A stretch of DNA of 64,000 bases from positions 59,921 to 123,920 of the forward strand of contig CAVQMO010000004.1 in assembly GCA_963713605.1 (NCBI GenBank), written 5' to 3'. The first letter of the stretch is position 1. Each line of letters opens with the position of its first letter. Shown piece by piece: positions 44,167 through 55,754 of this stretch. This DNA is from an uncultured Nitrososphaerales archaeon (GTDB lineage: Archaea; Thermoproteota; Nitrososphaeria; Nitrososphaerales; Nitrososphaeraceae). The position numbers were made by a program, and so were the translations under genes. The notes below the pieces were generated by a model. The model saw only the letters and a program-made list of their open reading frames with translations. It searched no databases and was not told the origin of the DNA.

Positions 44167-44514
44167 TGTCATTCCAAATATTAGATTTATATTTAAAGTC
44201 GCAAGTGATGAATAATATCATCTATCTATGATGGACACTATTAGTGTAGTCCAAATCATCGTAATTGTGTCAAATAGATGTAATCCATCATACGGACTAC
44301 TCTGCTCAAGGAGCAATTTGTTAAGTTGTATTATGCTGTAAGACATATGCATTAAAAGGTATCTTTGTAATTAACTAAAATCGAGATCATTATACTCTTT
44401 GTATTTTTATATGTTTTTATAGAATCGATCATTAAACTCCAATAATAGCGTATTTGTGCGCTCGTCATTTTTTCTCATATAATAATAAAGTTCTTCAGTA
44501 GCTGCCGCGCCACA

Positions 44515-45184
44515 AATATCGTACTAGTCCATGGTGGATGGGCTGATGGATCTGGATGGTACAAACAAATCCCTATTCTGGAAAAAGCAGGACACAAGGT
44601 TATCGCTGTTCAACTTCCTCTTCATTCTCTTGCTGATGATGTTGAAACTGTGAAACGCGCTATATCGCATATTGGTGGACCAGTAACCCTTGTAGGCCAT
44701 TCGTATGGCGGAGCAGTAATCACGAATGCTGCCTCACAATAATCCTAACGTCACAGGGCTCGTCTATATTGCTGCCTTTGCTCCAGATGAAGGCCAATCG
44801 TTGTCGACTTTCGTCAATCCAGCGAACTTCCCGAAGGAACTCTTCATGCCTGACAGTGGTGGGTTTATCTACTTAAATCCTAAAATATTCAGAGATAATT
44901 TTGCTCAGGATGTAACTCCTGATGAGGCCAATATTATGGCAATTACACAGAAGCCTTTCCATCAATCAATCTTTGCTTCACCATCTGGTCCTCCCGCATG
45001 GAAAGAGATACCAACATGGTATCAGATTTCAGACGCCGATCATATGATCCCTCCAGGTGCCCAGCGAACCTTCGCTCAACAAATGAATGCCACTACACTT
45101 AATCTTAATGCTAGCCACGCATCCTATGTATCGAATCCAACTGATATTGCCGACTTCATCCTTAATGCAACAAAAGGAAAGTAA
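44515..45184 (+). pseudogene. Alpha/beta hydrolase, start missing and frameshift near 44733
   Basis: NIVLVHGGWADGSGW, GHSYGG nucleophile, then VTGLVYIAAFAPD...ASHASYVS in the next frame. Confidence 0.85.
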
Positions 45185-45260
45185 ATAGCGAAGACTCCAT
45201 AAGGTGAGAGTACTTTAGCATGCTCTCATCAACCATATTTTAGAGCATTTATTTTGACTA

Positions 45261-45350
45261 GCAGCTGACATCGTTCGCATCAAGGGCGGGGTTCTTGTCG
45301 AACACTGGGACGTAATTCCAGATGAGGTCGCCCAGGAACAGAATTATTAA
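45261..45350 (+). pseudogene. SnoaL-like C-terminal remnant
   Basis: AADIVRIKGGVLVEHWDVIPDE. Confidence 0.7.
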
Positions 45351-45372
45351 CTTTTCTATCTAAACTCTAACA

Positions 45373-45941
45373 ATGGGTGGAGAAAACCAAGATACTGAGC
45401 GTGCCTCAAAAGAAGTTACTGTAGTCGTTAATTTAAGAATAAAACCTGGTTGTGAAAAGGATTATGACGAATGGCTTGGACGCTTTTTGATATACAAAGG
45501 AAAGTACCTGGTTACCTAGGAACAACAACGATAACGGAAACGGACCCAGATTCAAGTGCGAGACATATAATTCACAGATTTAGAGACAAGGCCTCTCTTG
45601 AAGCATGGGAAAATTCAGAAGACTTGCACAAACAAACAGAAGAAGCAAACAAATACTCTACTCCCTACCTACAGAAAGCGACTGGTTTGGAGACATGGTT
45701 TACTCTACCTGACTTGAAAGCTATAGTACCTCCTCCTAAATGGAAAATGGCAATAGTCGCATTTATTGGAGCATATTGCATCAGCTTGCTAGTTTCGTTT
45801 ATTCTTAGATCTTTCTTAGGATTGCAGCCATTACTTTTTAATTTGTTTATGAATATAATACTGGTCATAGGTCTTACATATTTCGCAATGCCTCTGTTGA
45901 GTAGATTGCTGCGACGATGGCTGTACCCGAAAATCCATTGA
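45373..45941 (+). CDS. ABM-domain membrane protein, frameshift in T-run near 45485
   Basis: EVTVVVNLRIKPGCEKDYDEWL joins PGYLG...W..S...TGLETWF..PPPKWKMA plus two TM helices. Confidence 0.85.
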
Positions 45942-46126
45942 TCGCTTCTTGTAGACAAAATCTGAACAAATGCAATGGAGGAGATCAAATGTTATTGAAA
46001 TGAAATCCAGAGGTTAGAATCAGATAGAAATAGCACACGAATAGATAGACTCAAGAGCCTCCTAGCATCGTCACATGCTGAAGGAACTCCTTCAGAAAGA
46101 ATTTGGGATTGGTAGTAGGTACATTA

Positions 46127-46547
46127 TTACTTCAATTCTCTATCTTTGCTTGAGAAATTCCCCATTTCATCTACTTCTATAATAAAGAAAGATAGCATGT
46201 TATCAAGAAATGCTAGCTTGCCAGTAGACTCTGTACTCCAAACTGCGCTCCCAACTCCACGTAATACGGGCTTACCATCTTTAGTGATTGTCTTTCCTAC
46301 TTGTAGGAAAGTATAGCTTGCCTTTTCATTACCGTCCTTGGTAGTCACTACTCCTTGTCCTTGAGCTGAAGTTCCCTTGTTACCTTTAGACACACTTACA
46401 AAATCTCCTGTGTTTGTTACTTCTATATTGCCCTTAAATGTCCCATTAGCTGAAAATGTCATTTTGTGTTTTATCGCCGCCAATTTCTATCCGAGCTGTA
46501 ATCTTTCCTTTTTCTTCGGAAAATGGCTCTTCCAATTGGTACGTCAT
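46127..46547 (-). CDS. Hypothetical beta-rich protein, frameshift in A-run near 46464
   Basis: MTYQLEEPFSEEKGKITARIEIGGDKTQ joins MTFSANGTFKG...STGKLAFLDN. Confidence 0.75.
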
Positions 46548-46776
46548 ACTAATTGAGACAACGCCTGCATATATTTAAGAAATACGCTCTTTTTAAGCCA
46601 CTGCTCAGAAACATAAAGCGGTCTACGTGACGGCTATATCCTCTGTGTTATTGATATTAAAGATGCTTGTAACTTCTTCATCCATTCGTTTGATGGCTCT
46701 GCTTGCTATAAATCATATTAAGGTCAGAAGAAGATAGATGTATAAAACCATATTTAGATACAAAAACCATCAACAA

Positions 46777-47007
46777 ATGTCGCAACAGACAAGGCTGGAT
46801 ATCACCGATTTAAGGATTATGAAGTTACTATCTAGAGATTCTAGAACTCCGTATAGGAATATAGCTTTTGCTGTTGGAATAATGCCAAGCGCTGTAAAGG
46901 AAAGGATTAACAAAATGGTGTCCAATGAGGGATGTGTTTCGAGAATTGAAATGCCCGCAGATCATAGTAGTGTCTCACGAAACAGAATTGGAAGGGTTTG
47001 CCGATAA
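46777..47007 (+). pseudogene. Truncated Lrp/AsnC HTH
   Basis: LDITDLRIMKLLSRDSRTPYRNIA..VGI..SAVKERINKM; no effector domain. Confidence 0.8.
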
Positions 47008-47213
47008 TATAATCAATATACAGAATAGAAATGGCATATCTATTATTGATAACCGTTAAATCACTTCTCATGGCAAATTCTCATCTAGAGTAGAAATAAG
47101 AAAGAAGATGGAACTGAATGTTCTAGCAGAGTGGTAGAGAAGTTATATAATAATATATTCGTAGTAATATATTCGTAAGAATAATAATTAAACAAGAGAA
47201 AATAGAATGAATG

Positions 47214-48953
47214 CTACGTGAACAGGTTTGTCTTCGCCAGGTCTACAACTTCATCTCCTCTGCCATTCAGTACTGCTTTTATCATATAGAGTGTGAATCC
47301 CTTGATCTGTTCCAGAGTGATCGTTGGCGGTATAGCCAACTCTTGTCTGTTCACTACTACATCAACCAAGGCCGGACCTTCGTGCCCTAGAGCCTGACTT
47401 AGTGCTGGCTTTACCTGCTCTGGTTTTTCAGCTCGTAGCCCTAAGATTCCAACCGCCTCAGCCACCTTGGAGAAATCGGTTTCTGCCAAATCAGTTGCGT
47501 GGGAGAGAAATCCGGCTGCCTTCATTTCAAGTTCTACAAAACTGAGAGAGCTATTATTAAAGACCACTATTTTGATAGGCATACTTAGTTGCTTTAATGA
47601 GATAAAGTCCCCCATGAGCATAGAGAAGCCGCCGTCTCCAGAGAGACAAATCACCTGACGATCCGGAAAGGTTTGCTGTGCTCCAATTGCTTGTGGCAGA
47701 GCATTTGCCATCGAGCCATGTGAAAAAGATCCTAGCAGCCTTCGCTTACCGTTCATGTGCAAATAACGCGCAGCCCAGATGGTAGGTGTACCAACGTCAC
47801 AGGTAAATATCGCCTCAGGTGATGATAGCTCATCAATTAATTTTGTCACGTATTGAGGATGTATTGGCTTTTGCCCTGACTTGCCGATTGCATGCGCGTC
47901 CAACTCCTTTCGCGCCTCTTTATAATGATTAAGGGATTTTTCCAGATGACGACTACCTTTGTCTAGTTCTTTCTGCTTAAGCAATGGTATCAATGCTATT
48001 AGCGTTTCACGGACACTGCCGATTAATCCCAAATCCACTTTTGTGCGCCTACCGATCTGTTCGCCTCGAATATCTATCTGAGCAATGTAAGCATGAGGAG
48101 GATAGAATTGCTGATACGGAAAGTCAGTGCCAAGCATTAGCAGCAGGTCAGAATTCATAATGGCATAGTATCCTGAAGAAAAGCCGATTAATCCAGTCAT
48201 TCCCACATCGTATGGGTTTTCATATTCTATGAACTCCTTTCCCCTCATAGCATGAACTATTGGAGCCCGGAGGATGCCAGCAGCATTGATCAGTTCCGAA
48301 TGTGCCCCAGCACAACCCGCACCACCTAGGATAGTCACCTTTTCAGCAGAATTAAGAACTTCTGCAAGCCCTGCAATTTCTTGCGAACTCGGACGAACTA
48401 TTACCTCGGATTGTTTTACTTGTGTGATAGGTCTAGCAGATACAGCCTCTTGCAGTGCAATATCGCCAGGAAGGACAATGATAGAAACTCCGGAGAGTGA
48501 AAGGGCCGTCCTCATAGCAATATCAAGAATGCGCGGTATTTGGTCTGCATGTGAGGCAAGCTCGCAATAGTGACTACACTCTTTGAACAAAAGTTCCGGA
48601 TGTGTTTCTTGAAAGTATGAGCTTCCAATTTCTCTGCTTGGTATATGAGCAGCAATTGCCAGGACAGGAACTCTGCTTCGATAACAGTCGTAAAGTCCAT
48701 TTATCAAATGAGTATTCCCTGGTCCGCAGCTGCCCGCACATACAGCCAGCTCTCGAGTGAGATGAGCCTCGGCTCCAGCTGCAAAAGCCGCTGTTTCCTC
48801 ATGGCGAACATGAATCCATGAGATTTTTTCATTGCCTCGATTTCTGACAGCATCTGTAATCCCATTTAAAGAATCTCCAGATACTCCGTATATCCTCCTA
48901 ACTCCAGACGCTATTAGTGAGTCGACTATTATATCCGCTACTCTTTTCGTCAA
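47214..48953 (-). CDS. poxB: Pyruvate:quinone oxidoreductase (pyruvate dehydrogenase, ubiquinone)
   Basis: GDSLNG, RHEETAAFAAGAEA, GSCGPGN.HLINGL, GSFSHGSMANALPQAIG, TPP motif GDGG...NN. Confidence 0.93.
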   Translation of the reverse strand: MTKRVADIIVDSLIASGVRRIYGVSGDSLNGITDAVRNRGNEKISWIHVRHEETAAFAAGAEAHLTRELAVCAGSCGPGNTHLINGLYDCYRSRVPVLAIAAHIPSREIGSSYFQETHPELLFKECSHYCELASHADQIPRILDIAMRTALSLSGVSIIVLPGDIALQEAVSARPITQVKQSEVIVRPSSQEIAGLAEVLNSAEKVTILGGAGCAGAHSELINAAGILRAPIVHAMRGKEFIEYENPYDVGMTGLIGFSSGYYAIMNSDLLLMLGTDFPYQQFYPPHAYIAQIDIRGEQIGRRTKVDLGLIGSVRETLIALIPLLKQKELDKGSRHLEKSLNHYKEARKELDAHAIGKSGQKPIHPQYVTKLIDELSSPEAIFTCDVGTPTIWAARYLHMNGKRRLLGSFSHGSMANALPQAIGAQQTFPDRQVICLSGDGGFSMLMGDFISLKQLSMPIKIVVFNNSSLSFVELEMKAAGFLSHATDLAETDFSKVAEAVGILGLRAEKPEQVKPALSQALGHEGPALVDVVVNRQELAIPPTITLEQIKGFTLYMIKAVLNGRGDEVVDLAKTNLFT

Positions 48954-49567
48954 TGTTATTGATTCACTTTCTTATGCCATGATCGCCCCAAGATATAGAT
49001 AAAGATCTCCCCTCTTTTTTGCTCCATCGTATTGTATGGTTCGCCATTTAGTTTCGTAATGATCGTCAAAATTGCCGCAGCAATCAAATCAAGTTTGGTT
49101 GTGCTTCAACGACTATGTTTCTCTCATCTGGCCTTCGATGCCCAGTGATCTATTCAAGCGCAGCCCTCTCATTTCTATACCAAACTCTGATGTTTGTGCA
49201 TAAGGACCATCTTGTGCAGCAAGACGTCTGCGGATGAAGGATTCATGCGATTTGTGAGTTCAATGACTGATCGGGTTGGTTCGATACTCTTCTGCTCTGC
49301 CTTAACATCAGGTTGCAATTTTGGATAGATTAGTTGTGATTTGACTGATATGAATGCACAAGGTTACCACCTGCAGCTTTTCATTAGGGGAATTTGGTGT
49401 AATTCCCATATAGCCACAAGGTGAGAACATAACCAAATGAGAACTCGGTCAATCATAAATTCATAGAAAAAAATAGACAGCCTGTCTACTGAAAAAAATG
49501 GAGGAATGGATAAAATACGTTAGATAGATCGAACTTGAGCATAATTTTGTCTGGTTTAGCTATTGTA

Positions 49568-50785
49568 CTATTTTAGTAGAATACTCCCGATAGCTTCTTT
49601 TAAGGTCTGTGTAACCACTGGAAGAATTCGTGGATCATTTACTTTGGGAATTATATAATCCTCTTTTAATTGAATCTTTTCAACTAGGGAGGCAATCGCA
49701 TATGATGCTGCGACAAGCATTTTTTCATCTAACTCTTTTACTCTAGTGTCTAATAGAGCTCTAAGAACTGATGGGAATACTACAGCATTATTTATTTGAT
49801 TTGGATAGTCAGAGCGCCCAGTCCCTATTATTCTTGCACCTCCTTTAACAGCATCTGATGGAATGATTTCGGGATCTGGGTTGCTAAGGGGAAACACTAT
49901 CGCATTATGGCTCATTGACTGAACCATAGCCTCAGTTACTAGTCCAGCTTTGCTAGAGACCCCTATGAAAACATCGGCTTTTCTAATTACTTCTTCTAGA
50001 CTTCCTTGCAATTTATTGAAATTGCTATTTCTTGCTATTTCTAACTTGTCCAAGTTTTGAGAATCAGCAGCAGTTACTAGGAGATCTTCCCTTCCCTCAT
50101 ATATTGCTCCTTTGCGATCCGTTACTATAATATCTCTGCAGCCTGCCTCTTTCAAAATCTTGAAAATTCCATAGCCGGCAGAGCCCGCCCCAGCAATTAT
50201 TACTTTTATATTGTCTATTTTTTTATCTACTATTTTTAGAGAATTTATAAGTGCTGCCAATGTGATTACAGCTGTTCCATGCTGATCATCGTGAAATACC
50301 GGTATTGAGAGCTCCTCTCTGAGCCTTTTCATTATACCAAAAACCTTGGGTGATTCTATATCTTCAATATTTATTGCTCCAAAACATGGTTCAATTGCCT
50401 TGACAAACTTGACTATTTCCTCCTTTTCCTGTGCAGCAATACATAATGGAATTGCATTAATATTACCTAGGACCTTGAACAGAACGGATTTTCCTTCCAT
50501 GACAGGGAGTGCTCCTTCTGGACCAATGTTTCCAAGGCCAAGAACTCTTGTTCCGTCGCATACTATGGCTACGTTGTTCCACTTTGAGGTATAATCGTAA
50601 ATTAACTCTTTGTTTTTGCTTATCTCTTGAGATACAAATGCAACTCCCGGAGTATAAATTAGTCCAAGTGTCCCTTTTTCTTCGTTATCACCGAAACCAG
50701 TATCGATAGAAACTCGATTGTGTATTTCAATCTTTCCTCTGAGCGCTCTATGAAGGTCGATTGCATTCTCTTTTAATGTATTCAA
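49568..50785 (-). CDS. NAD(P)-dependent malic enzyme
   Basis: YTPGVA, LGLGNIGP..ALPVMEGK, INIEDI, FHDDQHGTA, GAGSAG, TGRSDYPNQINN. Confidence 0.95.
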   Translation of the reverse strand: MNTLKENAIDLHRALRGKIEIHNRVSIDTGFGDNEEKGTLGLIYTPGVAFVSQEISKNKELIYDYTSKWNNVAIVCDGTRVLGLGNIGPEGALPVMEGKSVLFKVLGNINAIPLCIAAQEKEEIVKFVKAIEPCFGAINIEDIESPKVFGIMKRLREELSIPVFHDDQHGTAVITLAALINSLKIVDKKIDNIKVIIAGAGSAGYGIFKILKEAGCRDIIVTDRKGAIYEGREDLLVTAADSQNLDKLEIARNSNFNKLQGSLEEVIRKADVFIGVSSKAGLVTEAMVQSMSHNAIVFPLSNPDPEIIPSDAVKGGARIIGTGRSDYPNQINNAVVFPSVLRALLDTRVKELDEKMLVAASYAIASLVEKIQLKEDYIIPKVNDPRILPVVTQTLKEAIGSILLK

Positions 50786-51385
50786 CCTATATGCACCATT
50801 TCTTGGCTAAGAGTAGTGTAATTTGCCATTAATAACAATTTCAGATCCAACTTATTTAATGAAAAATTGAGTTGTATTTTAACTCATCCACCAAAGAGTC
50901 CAGAATGAGCCAAATATTATTATTAATTATTATTATTCGAATGTACGATGATGTGTTGCTTTGGCATGTGATTTAAGAAACTCTGCAAGAGGTCTTTTGA
51001 TTTCTTTAATACCCTGTTTAATTCAATAACATTTCCTCTGCTGCAGCCGCAGATGCCCCATTTACTTTCTTTCTGCAATAGATGTTTAGTTTCCATCTTT
51101 CATCATCGAGCTTTGGAATGTTAGATCCATAGGGAGCTCCATACTTTCTTGTCTCATCAATCCCACTAGTTGCGAATTCAGTCATGAGTTTGTTTCATTT
51201 TCCTCGCTTTAGGTGTCCAAGGTGGTGACCCATGCGAAATTCAAAGTCGCCTCCATTACTTCTAACTTAACATAGATTTCAGAACTTGGCTAGTATCCGA
51301 AAATATAAATGATAAACGGGAAGAAATCAAGATTTCAAATTATAGAAATTCAAGCAGAAACAGCCACCACCGTTATGGCGGGGTT

Positions 51386-51688
51386 AATACTATTCTATGC
51401 ATCGAAAAACTACTTCAGACACCAATAGTCGATTGTAGAAAATATGCAATCTGGCGTATTCTTATGCCATATCTCTTCAACGTTAAGAAGCTATCAGAGA
51501 GCGAAGTTATCGACTTAACGCAGACCTGGCTGAACAAATGCGATCACATGAGATCATTAGATTTTAATGTAAAAAATTTAATTAGACAGAATATCAGAAA
51601 TAGTAAAAAGAATCAATATCTACCAGTAAGCTTTGATAAATTAGCCGCTGAAAACAAGGAATTGCATGACATCATTTCTCGGTGGTGA
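51386..51688 (+). pseudogene. C-terminal PriX-like domain of a primase-related protein
   Basis: IEKLLQTPIVDCRKYAIWRIL.PYL.NVK.LS..E...W..KC...YLP. Confidence 0.7.
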
Positions 51689-51850
51689 TGATTAGATAAT
51701 GAAAATAGTGAGAACAAAAAATGTTCAGATTGTCTTACATCGTATGATCACAGATAGTATTAAAATTTAGTCAATGATGTGAATCCGCTGTCCATTATTC
51801 GGAGTACTAGTATCGCTAATGATAAATGATGCAAGAACGATGTAAAACAA

Positions 51851-52594
51851 ATGACAGATCAAAAAGTCGCTATCATAACAGGTGGCAGTTCTGGTATTGG
51901 AAGGGCAGCCGCAGTTGCACTTGCAAAACAAGGAGTTAAGATTGCGATAGCCGCACGTCGCGCCAAAGAAGGAGAGGAAACTGTGCGCCTAGTCAAGGAA
52001 GCCGGAAGTGAAGGAATTTTTGTGAAGACCGATGTGGCAAACGAAAATGATGTCAGGTCATTGGTAGAGAAGACAGTCAAGCAGTACAATAGACTGGATT
52101 ATGCATTTAATAATGCTGGGATAGAAGAAATGACGACATCGTTAGTAGATCAGACATCAGAAGTTTTTGATCAGATCATGAACGTAAATGTCAAAGGCGT
52201 ATGGTTGTCTATGAAATATGAGATTCCGGAGATGATTAGAACTGGAGGTGGAGCAATAGTAAACACGTCTTCCGGAGCTGGCGTGGTAGGATATCCACAA
52301 CAGCCAATATATATCGCAAGCAAACATGCTGTGCTTGGACTGACCAAATCAGCTGCACTTGAATATGCTAAATCTGGAATCAGAATAAATGCTATTGCTC
52401 CAGGTGTAACTGAAACTGAAATGGTCAAACGAGTCGACAAGCAGCTTATAGAACGCCTTAAATCCATAACGCCGATAGGACGCATTGGAGACCCACAAGA
52501 GATTGCTAATGCAGTAGTCTGGTTATTATCTGACAAAGCATCTTTTGTCTTAGGTCACACGTTGTTAGTTGATGGAGGAGTAGTCAGTCGATGA
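51851..52594 (+). CDS. Classical SDR oxidoreductase
   Basis: TGGSSGIG, NNAG, YIASK, VDGG. Confidence 0.95.
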   Translation: MTDQKVAIITGGSSGIGRAAAVALAKQGVKIAIAARRAKEGEETVRLVKEAGSEGIFVKTDVANENDVRSLVEKTVKQYNRLDYAFNNAGIEEMTTSLVDQTSEVFDQIMNVNVKGVWLSMKYEIPEMIRTGGGAIVNTSSGAGVVGYPQQPIYIASKHAVLGLTKSAALEYAKSGIRINAIAPGVTETEMVKRVDKQLIERLKSITPIGRIGDPQEIANAVVWLLSDKASFVLGHTLLVDGGVVSR

Positions 52595-52839
52595 GACAGA
52601 ACAAAATTTGTTCGTGCAAATATTCGGTAAGATAATGATTTGGCGCAAACTAGTTAACGAAAGGAGTCTTCTAGAGGGAAATCCACTTTAGATGAGCTAA
52701 GATACGTACATACTAAAAATTAGCTCGTACTTTAATTATTAGTTATGGAGTATCATCACAAGAATCTACGCTACTTTATCTTGAATTTGTTCGCTGCAAT
52801 CTACCCTATAGATAACGTTCCTGAAAATTTTAGTCGTAT

Positions 52840-53307
52840 TTACTTTAAGTCTTTATGATATTTACGATTGTACATGTTTCCGTATTTTTCAAATTTATCT
52901 CGGTCCTTACGTGCTAGTAATTGGTCTTGTTGGTCTCTTATTTGACTCCTAATATTCTTAAACTTCTTAACTTCATTTTCGAAGTTGGGGTCCTGTTTGA
53001 ATTGTTGAATCATTTCATAATCCAGTATGTAATCCATTAGATAAATTTCGAACATACTTCTACGGCCGAATTCTTTACGATATTTTTTAGATTCTTTGTC
53101 TTTATCTAATATCTTTTCTTGATTTCTAAGTCTTGTATGTTTGTTCATTAACAAACAAACGTCTTTGTATTCTTGAACTTCCGTAACTATTCTTTCTATT
53201 AGGTCTTGGTCTGATTCATTCTTGTTAATCTTGAGTTTGTCTAATCTTCGTCTGGTGTCCAAATGTATTTTATTATGAATTAAACCTTCTTGTTGTCGGT
53301 TAGTCAT
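52840..53307 (-). CDS. Hypothetical charged protein
   Basis: N-terminus TRRRLDKLK..NESDQDLIERIV resembles RHH/antitoxin-like segments. Confidence 0.55.
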   Translation of the reverse strand: MTNRQQEGLIHNKIHLDTRRRLDKLKINKNESDQDLIERIVTEVQEYKDVCLLMNKHTRLRNQEKILDKDKESKKYRKEFGRRSMFEIYLMDYILDYEMIQQFKQDPNFENEVKKFKNIRSQIRDQQDQLLARKDRDKFEKYGNMYNRKYHKDLK

Positions 53308-53334
53308 TTCCTACTCTTGCTTTCTGCTTCTATC

Positions 53335-54111
53335 ATTTCGGGCCGAATACTTCATGACCTGCATCTGCTATAGTTTCGTATCTTGCATTCGACAGCTCCT
53401 GTCTAAACCGATAATAATAATCAACTGGTATGAGGTTGTCTCTTTCCCACATATGATGAAACAAGGTATATCCCCAATTTGCTTGAATCCTTCCGGTTCA
53501 ATCTGTGTTGTTGTACTATTTTCGAAGGCAAATTCAAAGGCATGCCTTGCTCCTGGCTTTTCAATTGTGTAATCAAATAATTCAACTGCTATAGGAAGGA
53601 GCCTGGATGGACTAGCATAAAGATCACCTAATACTCTTGTGACTTTTTCATACCTGATTATAGGATTAGTCTCGGTAGCTGCAGCATGATAATCTTTTAG
53701 CAGCGGCGTTGGTCCTTCAAGCAGACCGGAAGAATCTATCAGTACAAGCTTTTCAACCATTTCTTTATTTTCAATAGCAAATTGCGTGGCTATGTATCCA
53801 CCCAATGAGTGGCCTACAATACTTATCTTCTTATGTTCTTTCTCCTTTATTCTAATTCTTTCTATCAGAAAATCTAAAATGAATTTGCTGAATCCTTTGA
53901 TTGTATAATCTGCATTCTCTGGTTTTTCACTCGCACCAAAACCTATTAGATCAAGTGTTATTGTATGAAAGTATTCCGATAGTGCGTCTGGAATATCTCT
54001 TCATGCAAGAGACGAGGCTCCAAGCCCATGTATAAATAACACATGTTTATTCTTGGAATTTCCATATTCTTTGTAAAACGTACCGACTCCTTTGACAGTT
54101 AGTAGGGGCAT
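53335..54111 (-). pseudogene. Alpha/beta hydrolase pseudogene
   Basis: FIHGLGASSLA-TGA (54001-54003, Trp expected), GHSLGG, second frameshift near 53445 before DAGH. Confidence 0.88.
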
Positions 54112-54413
54112 TTAAATTAAATTATAGAATTATATTCTGTATTTAATGTCTTTCGCCAATATGATACAAGCTCCAAATTTTTGTTCGTCTGCCTTTAAAT
54201 CTACGCTAGTTTCTCGGCCGCCCATATGTTTGTATCATCCATATCAGTACCTGATCCAGCATTATTTAATAGATGTATTATTTTGGGTATCCATCCACTA
54301 GTGGATTGAATTCTTGAACTCTAATATCGACAAAACCATGTAAAAAAGTCTGAATACTGGTAGCACTCCCTCATATATCAACTGCATTTATACAAGGCCA
54401 AAACTATTTTATC

Positions 54414-55433
54414 ATGATTATATTGACTATTCATGCATTTGCTGCCCATCAGATAGGAGGAAATCTAGACCCGTTTGAGTTCGATCTAGACCCCTTGAAA
54501 CCTGACGAGGTGGAGATAGAAGTGAATTACTGTGGTATTTGTTTTAGCGATATACACATGCTCAGGAATGATTGGGGTGTCTCACGCTATCCGTTGGTTC
54601 CCGGACATGAGGTAATTGGCATAGTGGTTGAGAAAGGAAGCATCGTTGAGCATTTAGAAGTCGGGCAACAAGTAGGGCTGGGATGGCGAGCTCGATCCTG
54701 TTTGGCATGCGACCAGTGCTTAGCCGGTTATCACAACCGGTGCCCAAAAGGGGAAGATGTTATTGTTGGTAGGCATGGAGGCTACGCTACTAGAGTAAGA
54801 TGCCAAGGTATCTGGGCTTTTCCGCTGCCTGAAAGTATTAACCCTAAAACTGCTGGCCCGTTGTTCTGTGGTGGAATTACGGTCTTTAATCCACTCATTC
54901 AAAACAACATCAGACCTACAGATCATGTTGCAGTAGTGGGAGTTGGAGGATTAGGACACATTGCTATTAAAATACTAAGGGCATGGGGTTGTGAAGTAAC
55001 AGCCATCTCAAGTAATGCTGAAAAAGAAAATGATGCCCGAGAGTTTGGAGCATCGCATTTCCTGTATTCGAGAAAATCAGATAGTTTAAGGGAATACCAA
55101 AATAATTTTGATTTTATTCTCGTTACTGCAAACGTCGAGTTGGACTGGGATACATATATTAGCACACTTCGTCCTGGAGGCAGATTGCATATCGTTGGAG
55201 CAGCTCCTCGAATAAATGTTAATGTATCGCCCCTAAATGCTGGAGAGAAGTCAATTGGTGCCTCACCGATTGGAGGACCTGCAGAAATTTTGATGATGCT
55301 TGACTTTTGCAGTCGTCATAAGATTGAGCCAATGATAGAAGAATTCCCACTCTCCCGCGTCAATGAAGCATTAAAACATCTTGAATCTGGAAAGGCGCGT
55401 TATAGGATAGTTCTGCGAAATGATTTGGAATAG
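54414..55433 (+). CDS. Zn-dependent NAD(P)H aldehyde reductase/ADH (Ahr/YjgB-like)
   Basis: CGIC.SD, GHE, C..C..C.......C, GVGGLGH, GKARYRIVL. Confidence 0.93.
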   Translation: MIILTIHAFAAHQIGGNLDPFEFDLDPLKPDEVEIEVNYCGICFSDIHMLRNDWGVSRYPLVPGHEVIGIVVEKGSIVEHLEVGQQVGLGWRARSCLACDQCLAGYHNRCPKGEDVIVGRHGGYATRVRCQGIWAFPLPESINPKTAGPLFCGGITVFNPLIQNNIRPTDHVAVVGVGGLGHIAIKILRAWGCEVTAISSNAEKENDAREFGASHFLYSRKSDSLREYQNNFDFILVTANVELDWDTYISTLRPGGRLHIVGAAPRINVNVSPLNAGEKSIGASPIGGPAEILMMLDFCSRHKIEPMIEEFPLSRVNEALKHLESGKARYRIVLRNDLE

Positions 55434-55754
55434 CCCAAATTCTTTTCTGCCTAAACTCCCCACCATCTTATATATCGCCGTTTGCACTTGCAGAATAACC
55501 TGATTTGAATGACTTTTCATTATTTCTGTTAGCCGGTTACAATTTGTTATGAGGCAGTGCTGTCTACCTCTTGTGTGTATTCAAACCTTCATGCAAGCCA
55601 GTCAAACAATTTACGTATTGAAAACTCCTATAGCGAAATCAGAGATGCGTAAGGTATCATTGAGAGAGGGCCAAGTTGATTCGATCAAAGCTGATACTTT
55701 TTCTCTTAACATAATCATCTAGATTTCATTTGTGATTCTACCGATGCGAGAAAT

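Noticed and set aside
54001..54003. Selenocysteine or readthrough TGA
   Set aside because: The position corresponds to a Trp (TGG to TGA) and the gene has a second lesion, so it is a simple nonsense mutation.
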